Source of the DNA: Nemertoderma westbladi
Lineage: Eukaryota > Animalia > Xenacoelomorpha
Assembly (NCBI GenBank): GCA_032718475.1
Contig: JAUCBJ010008330.1
Coordinates: 1-64,000, forward strand
Length of the DNA stretch: 64,000 nt
Direction of reading: 5' to 3'
The translations under genes and the position numbers were made by a program. Below the pieces are notes generated by a model. The model saw only the letters and a program-made list of their open reading frames with translations. It was not told where the DNA came from and searched no databases. Shown here piece by piece: positions 51,401-61,940 of the stretch. The first letter of the stretch is position 1. Every line of letters starts with the position of its first letter.

Positions 51401-53712
51401 GGGTTCACTATAGGAGTTTCTACTTCGCTAGCAGTATATATGCGTGTAGGCTCCACACCTTGCGCATGAGATACTTCAGACCTAACAGGTTGACACATTG
51501 TTACCGGGGGTGGTGGTATACCCTTTTGTAAATTTACTAATTTATCGCGTTCTAGCGCGATACTTTGCTGCACTTCTTGCAACTCTAACCTACTTTCCTT
51601 TACGGTTCCCTTTAACTGTTGAACAGTCCCTTCTAACTCTCGGACCTGTTGGGAGGAGCGCACTCGATTCTCCTCCATCTTTCCGAGGAGAATATCCATC
51701 CCCCGCCGTCTCTCGTCTACCCAATCAACCGCCGAAGCGGGATCCGCCAACGACGTAGCGGGCAGACGAGGGACTACGGGCGATATATCCTTTATATTTC
51801 GCTCGGAGTCCAGGACCGACACTGTTTCAGGGGCTGTTCCTATAGGCACAGATAATTTGGTGCTGTGTAAAGGGAATTTAAAGGTAGGTTCTGGGAGTAC
51901 AGGTGTCTCTATCACCGAAGGGGTGATTTCAAGAACAGGCCTAATTATTTCAGGCTCATCTACTATAGTAGGGAGTCTTTCTATTTTAATTATTTGGTCT
52001 GTGGGTTCTGTACTACCTAAGTTTGTGTTATTTAGTTGCCTTCTAACAGCTAGAGGCAAATCAGGCAATTTCTGATGGTGGGACATTCTTTTACGTCTAC
52101 TTAGACGAGATCTATTTCCTCCGCCTTCAGGATCGGTGGTATCGCCTTCCTCAGATGATGTATAACCTTGTCTTTTGGGAGTAGATCGATTCATCATCTG
52201 CATATTACTAGCTGTTAACTGTTTATTAAAGTTATCTTGCCTCTCTTGAAGATTTTCCAATTCTAGTTGGGCAGTCTCTTCAGACGCCTTTCGTTCTGCT
52301 TCTGCCACTGCAGCTGCCAAAGCCGCTTTTCTTTCTGCTTCTGCCACTGCAGCTGCCAAGGCCGCTTTTCTTTCTACCTCTGCCACTGCAGCCTTTCTTT
52401 CTGCTTCTGCCACTGCTGCTGCCGCTGCTTTTCTTTCTGCTTCTGCCACTGCAGCTGCCAAGGCCGCTTTTCTTTCTGCCTCTGCCACTGCCGCTTTTCT
52501 TTCTGCTTCTGCCACTGCTGCTGCCGCTGCTGCTATCTTTCTGTCTTCTATACGTTTTTTCTTTACTTGTTCTTCTTGAACCTTAGTGAGGCGGATGCTT
52601 TCATCAAATTTAGCTTGGTTCGCAGCTCTCATATCCACATCGATGGCGTCCAACACACGCTGGGCTGCTTCACTATTAGGGCTAAGTCCCTCTAGCCTTC
52701 TCCTCAGCTCTTCATCACCTACAAAACGTTGATAGTCCGACAGATAGATATCAATAGCATCCCTCTTATGCGGTTTCTCTGCCGTCGCTTCACTCTCCAC
52801 TTGGGAAAATGTAGCATCTGTTGATTCTCCATGGGTTGAGCGCTCATCTAGCTGGGCTTTCCACTGAGCCGTTCCTTGAACCTGGAGACTCACCCTTTGA
52901 AACCAAGTCTTTACAGCAACTTGCAACGACGTGTCTTGTCTTCTTTTAGAAGCCTCCTCAAAGGCTGATAAGATTAGCCTGATTCGTAGAATTCTTTCTC
53001 TAACTTGATAAAGCAGTTGTCCCTGCTCTTGAGGTCCTTGGGGTTGTTGAAACAGTTGTTTTTCTACTCGCTCCATAGAGCTTACGAATCCCTGTACTTA
53101 TCCGGCTGCGGACCTCTTCCACACAGCTGGATCGACGGTTTCCTTGGTTACTCCCATCCTGTGTATATCTTCCCAGGCAGCTTCTGATAAATCAAACGGG
53201 AGTCCGGGTCCGGGGAAGTTCCATTGCGACTCGACAATAGACTTCAGTTCTTCCCTTGTATATCCCGCATAACTATCTTTAGTCGATCGCTTAATTCTCG
53301 CCCAATCTATCTGGTGTTCTTCCACCGCAATCAATAACCTAGTGAGTATGGCTGCAGGAAGGATGAGAAGGGGATCCGAATAAACCGCATTCGTCATCTT
53401 TGCTCCGCGCTCGGGTGTCAGCTCTACAGTATCCTCACTACTGGAGCTGTCGGGCCGTTGAGAAATAAGTTCTTGGCTCGCGGGTTGTTGTTGTTCCGCT
53501 GCTTCTTGGTCCCGCTTGACCTGAGCTCGAGTGCCTATGATAGACCTACGGTGTTGGACCAGCCTAGGTTCTGATATTACTACTGGGGGAATGATCTTTC
53601 TTACAGTAGGAGGTGAGTTGAACTTCGGTCCTACACGTTCCACACTCCTGTCTGGGTCACATATGGTTGTATCTAGGAGACTGTCTGACAGGTTTTGCTT
53701 TGTGTCAGACAT
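45492..53712 (-). pseudogene. gag-pol polyprotein of copy C: one ancestral ORF now broken by two frameshifts and one stop
   Basis: Pieces 53712-53098, 53076-49018, 48947-45915 and 45893-45492 carry gag knuckles, LLDSGS, YMDD, RNase H and integrase motifs. Confidence 0.96.
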
Positions 53713-55839
53713 GTTGGTTTGTACAGTTGAATGCCTACTGCTATATTACAGTTTAAGCAAGTCTAGTAATTCAGTATCACTGTTAGCCTAGTAATTAATT
53801 ACCGATACTGCTACTCAGTGTAGCGTGATATCTATATAATATATTAGAATACCGGTATGCTTATAGTATATATATAAGTATTATTACAGACTAGAATTAA
53901 TTACAGAATACCGGTATAATTTCAGCCTAAATTTATAGAAATAAATATAATAAGCCTATGGTAAATACCGGTATGTCAATTATTTTAAATAATTGAATTT
54001 CTGAATTTTAAGGGTTACTTGGTTACTTTAACTTACTTTATTACCGTTATTTGAGCAGTAGTCCAACTGATATTGAGACCTAATTGTTGTATGGCAGGCC
54101 TACTTATTTATAAATCGTTTGAGTTGATTTATAATATATATATATACCCGTTTAATGGGTTTTGTCAATATTTGAAATAAATGTTATTATTTCTGGGGGA
54201 GCCACTACACAGAAGCTGTGCGCTCTCAGTGGAGTGCTACTTGTTGGACACTAAAACAAATAATTCTAATTTACCTAAGTTACTTAATACTATAAATTAC
54301 GTACAATTCGGGTTGAGATTACAATCTCTAAATAAACACAAAAAAATTACAAATACACAAATACGAATTTTTTAGGGTAATTTTACAAGAAGTCTACTAA
54401 CCAGCCTAACAAAGGGTTAGAATATCTGGTTATTACAACGGACAGAGTACTACGGTATTTGAAAATAATAAGTAGTAGAAAATATACTGCGTTGTCCAGA
54501 TAGAAAAATACCACCGTCTGACGACTTATAGCCGTATCCCTATAAGTACTACGTTATGTATCACGGAGTGTTCCTACCTAGAAGTTAATTACCGCGGTCT
54601 ACCAGAACCAACGTGCCTATTAACCACTTTACAACACAAATATACTGCTTACACACTAATCACCTTCGGAAAGCACTGTACACTAAACCTTAAATTAGGT
54701 ACTAGTACTTGTACAACAAATAATCAGTAGTTAAAAATACTTGAACAGCTAAAAGAACCACGGTATCTGCCGGAGTGACCAAAGCACAAAATCTCCAGTC
54801 TTTACCTACGCCGAGCAGCCCTGATGTAGTACCGGGGTTAGTTTAACTGTAACGGTATATATAACAAGCACAATTACTATAGGAATAAACTTGGGGATAT
54901 GAATGTTGCGAATAATCGCATAAACTCTGAATAATAAATATTACGCTACGCGCACAGACTACTCAAACAAAATGCAGACCAAATACTGACAGACTACTAT
55001 CAAGCCTAAACAAACTACGGTATATGCAGACTCCGAAATGGTTAGTTAGTATGCGTTCTAACCTAGTAGTACGACTTATTCTTTCAGAGGGGGTTTACCT
55101 CACAGCACTGGAAGCCCCTACGTTCCCAACTGGCACTTTATCGGACATACACTCTACACACACCGAAATTTCCTCAGACCTAAGAACAGCCAGACAACTA
55201 TCCAGCCTACAAATTATCTAAATAAGAATTATACGCTACCTGTACAGACTACACAAACAAAGTACAGACCAAACGATGGCAGACTACTATCAAGCCTAAA
55301 TAAACTACAGTATATGCAGACTCCGAAATGATTAGTTAGTATGCGTTCTAACCTAGTAGTACGACTTATTCTTTCAAAGGGGGTTTACCTCACAGCACTT
55401 GAAGCCCCTACGTTCCTAACTAGCACTTTATCGGACAGATGCTCTACACACACTGCAATCCGTTCAGACTTAACAACAGTTAGACAACAGTCCAGCCTAC
55501 AAATTATCTGTACAATCTGAGCAGGCTTACACGCCTTCTGCTCAATATTGGTCTATAAATAAATAAAACTTGACAGAAATAAGTAAAATCTCAATAAAAA
55601 ACCAGGGCGGCCGTCCCTGATTAATTATTAAGGCCTACCGGTATATAATTATCAAAATCGAATAATACTGCTGTACCTGTACTGCTGTAGGTACCGGTCC
55701 GGGTGGTTAGGTAGTCAGGCCTACTGGGTACCGGTTGCCGGTACTTCAGCTTTATTGCCTACTGCAATACAGAAGCTATATCCGTTATTGTTCTTACCAG
55801 AACAATATTAAACTGTATTTATTGCCTACCCTGCAATCC

Positions 55840-55856
55840 GAACGTATATCCGTTAT
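55840..55856 (-). other. Non-tRNA primer-binding site of copy C, complementary to LTR 56552-56568
   Basis: 17-nt exact inverted match abutting the LTR end; equivalents at 1739-1750 (A), 6497-6508 (D) and 32510-32520 (B). Confidence 0.8.
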
Positions 55857-56993
55857 TGTTCGCGCTTTCAGACCTTTAGCAGTTTAACCTGCCAAATTAG
55901 GATGTCTTCTAGATAATAGATAGTCTTTAGCCTACGACAAATATTTGATACACTACATTAGCCGAAACCAGTCTATGCGCGATCATTCACCCGCTGGATA
56001 TACCCGGGAGACTGGATTCGGAAGCCTAATCGTATTGCGGGATAGACCTACTGTATTATTCGACTGATCTTAATATATATAATCTCTGACAATATTATTC
56101 ACTTTCGGGAAATATTAACAGTTCCTTTAGGACGTGGCGCTCTAAATATATAAACAGAGTTATGACTTAAACCAGACGCAACGGGATGGCTATAGATTCA
56201 CGTATATGGCGCATTCTTTAGGAGATGCTTCGTTATCAATCACAATCATACACAATACTGCACAATGCTGCACACTAATCTGCCGACCTTCACTAATTTT
56301 AGTCACATATAAGGAGAACAACAGACAATACGTGAAGGGCCTATAAAATAGCATTAGATTCACTTCAAACCACTTAATGTAAGTCGCAATCGTTATATGT
56401 ATCCGGTCTCTCTAACCTTTAGTATATCAAGAAGATTGGGGTGTCTGATTGTTTATCAGTATTCCGAATATAATGTTCCATCAACAAATATAATGAATAG
56501 CCGACAGCAAAAGCAGTAATGTTAAGGTATGAATGATTAAGTTATGGATAGATAACGGATATACGTTCTATAATTAAGCCTACTAATGTTAAGCTAAAGA
56601 CTGAAACACGGAGGTTCCACGCCGGTGTTGTAGGCTGTGGAAAAATCACATACTGACTCACTTCCCTAGTTTCTATATACCATCTCCAACACAGAGGCAA
56701 AAAACGCTCTGATTGGTCGACCGAACAAAGAGAGAACAAAGAACAAAGAGATGTTCTACGTGGCAATATCAGCTGTTAGCCGTCGTCATGGTATCTACAC
56801 TGTTTCAAGAGGATCCGGCTTATTGCGTCATAGAATTGCTAATCATGTCCGCTAAAGTACACATACAGAAGAAATGGCTTTTATGTCCTCTAAAACAACA
56901 ATACAGTAAGGACACGGCCTTTTATGCCGGTTAAACCAACTACAGAGTACTTTACGGGGAAAATAACCGGCTAATTACGCAAAAGCCTTTACA
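55857..56993 (-). repeat. 5' LTR of copy C
   Basis: TG..CA ends; direct repeat of 41110-42246. Confidence 0.97.
56652..56716 (-). promoter_or_regulatory. Predicted LTR core promoter: CCAAT box, TATA-like box, TCAGT initiator
   Basis: Sense CCAATC (56716-56711), GTATATAGAA (56680-56671), TCAGT (56656-56652). CCAAT and TCAGT lie at equivalent positions in A (~2600) and B (~33420). TATA-to-initiator spacing is short; unverified. Confidence 0.55.
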
Positions 56994-57232
56994 CTAGCCA
57001 CCAAGGAAAACCCTAGCTACCTTCAATTACACTAGCTACCAACAATAATACTAGCTACCAAGGAAAAGCCTTACCTTCAATTACACTTAAGCTATCAATA
57101 ATAATACTAGCCACCAAGGAAAACCCTAGCTACCTTCAATTACACTAGCTACCAACAATAATACTAGCCACCAAGGAAAACCCTAGCTACCTTCAATTAC
57201 ACTAGCTACCAACAATAATACTAGCTTCCAGG
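56994..57232. repeat. 57-bp satellite, right part
   Basis: Same unit as 40346-41109. Confidence 0.95.
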
Positions 57233-57352
57233 AAAATTAATTTCACCCCCGATATTTCGTTGCAAGCGAAATTTTCACTCTCGATATTTTTACGGGTTTA
57301 TAGAGGTATCGATTAAACTAAATTAAGAGTAGGCCTATTAATAATAACTATT

Positions 57353-57490
57353 TACATACTTGTGTGTAAAGTAGCACTTTACAGTGTGATGATCCGAGTG
57401 GCTTTGTTATACAAACGAACGTTAATGAGTGAGTGAAAATAAAGCAACGAGGATCAGAACACTGTAAAGTAATTTTGCAACAAGTATGTA
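57353..57490. repeat. Small imperfect foldback (MITE-like)
   Basis: TACATACTTGT..ACTTTACAGTGT..TGATCC versus GGATCA..ACACTGTAAAGT..ACAAGTATGTA. Confidence 0.55.
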
Positions 57491-58490
57491 TGTAGTTTTA
57501 ATCCAAAGTTTTGACATTACGAAATGATTGTACATATACATTATAAGTGTTAGAAACTGCACGAATTATATTAGTTGCTGTATAAATAAATGTAAAAATG
57601 ACATAAATTATGTTATAAATAAGTTAGCTTATATTTATGGTGGCGTTTTTGAGCCATGTTATATTAATATAGCTAGGCCCTACTGGTTATTAATAGCTAT
57701 ACCCCGCCTACCGGTAGGTAATGCAGTAGGCCTATCTGGCTGTCAGTCAAATTTGCATCTATTGTTTACGTGGTATCCAATGACGGTGTTAAGTAATGTC
57801 CCCTTAGTGGACATAACTAACGCCGTCATGTATTATCACGTAAACAATAACACCAAATACAATACTAAATGTACATGCCAATACAATGCTGTAATGTCCT
57901 CTAAAGTTGTAAAGGGCTAAATTACAACTCGCTGTTAATACTAATGGCGTTGAGTAATGTTTCAATTTTGCAATAAAAATTAATTAGTATATATATGAAT
58001 AAATAATACTGTACAGTACAGTACATTAATTATTAAGGTGTAATGATGATGGCAGGAAACGGACAGACTATAGGCAAGGCACGATAGTGTGTGGAAGCTG
58101 TGGACATACTGTACCTAGGATAGGCCGTAGAATGTACACGTACTGTAGGGCCTACACTTCATTCCGTACATTCGGGTGCGAGTGAGTGTAAGATGTCTTG
58201 GACCACGGGTGGATAAACCGGGTGGTGGTCATATTATACTGTATGAAACACAATGTAATAATAATATGTTTGTATAATTATTGTAGTCTCATGTCGAGGT
58301 ATCAGACTCAGACACCGCTATATTTATTTAGGCGTACTACAGTATTCCAGTAAAACTCTTTATCATTTACATTTTTATTACACATGTAGCCATGGTGGAT
58401 ATGAGACATATTAAGAGGCGAGAAACCATGCAGATACTGTTGTTAACTAAGATACTCCCACACTCCCCTACGCCTAGGTCCCGTACACAA

Positions 58491-59899
58491 TAGGGCGGTG
58501 CGTTTTTTACTTTTTTTCGATTTCATTGTTCTACCGGTGCACAAAAGTTGCCAAATGGTAAAAAAATAAGGCAAAAAAAATTTCTTTCAATTTCATCTAT
58601 ATCTTCACGGATCCCAAGAGGGTTGAAATTTTGTGCCATCGCGATGCACCATAATGAAATGTATAACAATATAACACATTGATGAAAGATCATTGACTCA
58701 AAAAAGAACTTCCTGCATGCATCAAATGTCATCAAATGGGTCCAAACTTAGTTAGATACCAAAATTTTAACTTTTGGGTCAAGGGAACTAGTGCCACAGG
58801 CACATGGCCAGAACCTACCATTTGGCACAAGTGATGATTATTCTCAATTTTCGCGATGGCCAACTTTGAATTCTCCTACTGCATTCATATTATGCTCATT
58901 AGAACCGCAATGGCCGATTTAGTGGGGGTAGACACCTTCAAAACAAACGTAGAGCGAATAGTTCTTGAGATATCGCAGAAAATATGAAGTACGGCACAAG
59001 TCTATATTACCGCCTTGATGTGATATGGACAAATACACAATAAATGATATTTTGAATTATCTCAAGGAATCAAAAAATAGACACATCACAGAAATGATCG
59101 ATATAGTGGGTGAAGACACCTTCAAAATAAGAGTAGAGTCATTAGTTCTTGAGTTATTTTACAAAATGTCAAGACTACGTCCACCAATTACTACTTGATA
59201 TTGAGTTGACCCATTCCACACATTTTGTACAAAAACTATAGTGAATTATGTACTATTCTTTAATTTTGAAGGTCTCTGTATAAACTAAATCAATTTGTTG
59301 CAGTGATGTGTATATTTTTGATGCCTTAAGATAATTAGAAGTAACATTTTTGTGTATTTGTCCATATCGCATCAAGGCGGTAGTGTAGACTTGTGCCGCA
59401 CTTAACATTTTCTGTAATATCTCAAGAACTATTCGCTCTATGCTTGTTTTGATGGTGTCTACCCCCACTAAGTCGGTCATTGCGGTTCTAATGAGCATAA
59501 TAATAATGCCGTAGGAGAACTAAAAGTTGTCCATCACCAAAATTGAGAATAGTCATCACTTGCGCCAAAGAGTAGGTTCTGGTCATGTGCCTGTGGCACA
59601 ACTTCCCTTGATCCAAAAATTAAAATTTTGGTATCTAACTAAGTTTGGACCCATTTGATGACATTTGATGCATGCAGGAAGTTCTTTTTTGAGTCATTGA
59701 TGTTTCATCAATGTGTTATATTGTTATAAATTTCATTATGGTGCATCGCAATGGCACAAAATTTCAACCCTCTTGGGATCCGTGAAGATATAGACGAAAT
59801 TTAAAGAAATTTTTTTTGCTTTATTTTTGTACCGTTTGGCAACTTTTGTGCACTGGTAGAACAATGAAATCGAAAAAAAGTAAAAAACGCACCGCCCTA
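58491..59899. mobile_element. hAT-like foldback MITE (1409 bp, ~650-bp inverted arms)
   Basis: Termini TAGGGCGGTGCG...CGCACCGCCCTA; 8-bp TSD GTACACAA (58483-58490, 59900-59907). Confidence 0.92.
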
Positions 59900-59968
59900 G
59901 TACACAATTGAAATCGCCACCGATAATTGTGCGGGGGGGGGGGGGGGGGGTTGTGTTTGGAGCGGTCG

Positions 59969-60310
59969 CATGCTCAAGCATAACATCCTTTGAGCTTATG
60001 CTCAACCGGCCAGAGACTTGCTGAGGACTTTCAAAGTTAACTGTCAAAATTTTGGTTTTTTGGTGTTAATAAAAAGACCAACACCAGAAGCAGCCTGTTC
60101 TATGTAATGAGCTGAGGAGCCGTTGGGCTCACTCTGGTGATTCTGAGAGTACTCGTAAGTCATCAGCAAAGTCTAGATCAGTTAGGTACTTGGCAGGATT
60201 TCCTCGACTTCTGGAGCCAGTAGGTGGAGTTACCATTACCCCATCATCATTATGATGATCTAAGGACATGCGTAGACCATAGTCAACAACAATTATGAAC
60301 AAGAATGGTG
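59969..60310 (-). mobile_element. RTE RT fragment, duplicate of ~3557-3970
   Basis: Near-identical sequence including the same truncation junction. Confidence 0.85.
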
Positions 60311-60314
60311 TTAA

Positions 60315-60621
60315 AGCTTCTGTACCCTAAAATGCACATTTTTGTAGCGAGATTTTTGCAGCGTATGCTGGTTCCAAAAAATGTGGTATCGAAAAATTAA
60401 AATGGTAAATAACGGAGGAGTAGTCTTTTTGGCGAAATTTTTTAAATTTTACGCCAGCCGATAGGGGGCGCTAAAATTTTTTTTTTTTTCACATTTTTAT
60501 TTTCTTTAGTTCATTCATGTTTCTATGGTATATAGTTTTCTGCGCATTCTTCAACCATATTGGAGATATAAACAAATTTAAAAAAACACCAGGGGGGGGT
60601 ACCCCCCCCCCCCCCCCCCCC
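60315..60621. mobile_element. Possible Kolobok-like non-autonomous element
   Basis: TTAA on both sides; imperfect ends sharing GTACCC; right end resembles the MITE at 24309-25019. Confidence 0.4.
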
Positions 60622-60656
60622 TTAACTAAGAAGCTTCCACACTCCCCTACGCCTAG

Positions 60657-61800
60657 GTGGTGTCGTCGCGTTACGGCTAATGTTGCGTTACGGCTAATTT
60701 TTTGAGAGATTAGCCGTAACGCGACTTTCAAAAGTAGCGGTACGGCTACTCTAAAAGTCGCGTTACGGCTAATTGTCGCGTTATGGCTAATCTATTGTCT
60801 TGGTTTTACATAGGGAATCATTATCAATATTATTCTATGGTGTTTACGTGCAGATGAGGTCCGACAAATGTAATGTAATGATGTTTTACAGCATATGAGT
60901 CTCCGGGGGGGGGGGGGTATTTTACCGTCTTTCATACTGTATGTTCTTCGACAACCTCACATTCAATATAATATTGTATTCTATGGTATTCTTAGTCACA
61001 GCCTCAAGCACAGATACGGATTACAGCCAATAATAGCAGTCGAAGAAGCAATGAGTGGTTTTGTGGAACATATTCCAAGACTTCATATCGATGTTGTTAA
61101 CCAACGCCTGGCTCGCTACCTGGACCATATGGCGTTCTGTTTGGGGACTGACAAGCAGGCAATGGCCGTCCTTCCAGCCGCCGATCACCCAGTTGAAAGT
61201 CCAGCTGCATTGGGAGGGGGTGGTGATCCCGACTGGCATGTTGGTGTAGTGAACCACCCCTTCGCGGTGAACTATTTCTTCCCAACCCAACCCCGACCAC
61301 CCCTCCGTGGCCGAACCATTCCAACCCACCCCACCACCGAACCAAATGCCATACGCGGGGCATGACTGGCTAATTCAAGAGCTTTAGTTTTAGATATTTT
61401 TGAATTGATTAATAAATTCAAAGTGCAATATTTCGGCAATATACTGATATACTTTCGACCAATTTACCTATATGGTACTGTGTACTGTGGTACTCAATAC
61501 AACAAAATTAATATAATAATTAAAGTTTTTTTAGTTAAATTCCCCCCCCCCCCCCCCTGGATACTCCCATGCTGTAAAACATTATTACATTAAAATTTTC
61601 GAACCTTTCTCATGTGTACGTAAACACCATAGAATAATATTGATAATGATTCCCTATGTAAAACCAAGACAATAGATTAGCCGTAACGCGACTTTTTGAG
61701 TAGCCGTACCGCGACATCAAATGTCGCATTACGGCTACTCTGAAAATTAGCCATAATGCGACTTTCCGTAACGCGACATTAGCCGTACCGCCACTGCGCC
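60657..61800. mobile_element. Non-autonomous TIR element with ~260-bp arms and GTCGCGTTACGGCTA subterminal repeats, possibly Mutator-like
   Basis: 60657-60917 is inverted to ~61542-61800; no TSD found; internal VNQRLARYLDHMAFCL is only weakly transposase-like. Confidence 0.6.
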
Positions 61801-61940
61801 GATTGTGCGGGGGGGGGGGGGGGGTTGTGTTTGGATCGGTGGCGGTATAGATGAGGGACTCGTAGATAATTCTTAATTATCGATATCGTTAAGTCTCGAC
61901 ATTTTTCATAAATCCAGGTGTATAAAATTGGAAACAGAAG

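Larger units (their letters stand above)
41110..56993 (-). mobile_element. Full-length BEL/Pao LTR retrotransposon copy C (15.9 kb), inserted in the satellite
   Basis: Two 1137-bp LTRs; TSD CTAGC (41105-41109, 56994-56998); gag-pol; PPT at 42247-42254. Confidence 0.98.

Noticed and set aside
56575-56610. Hammerhead-like CTAATG...GAAAC
   Set aside because: Antisense to the element, core differs from CUGANGA, and hammerhead cleavage would not give an extendable 3'-OH.
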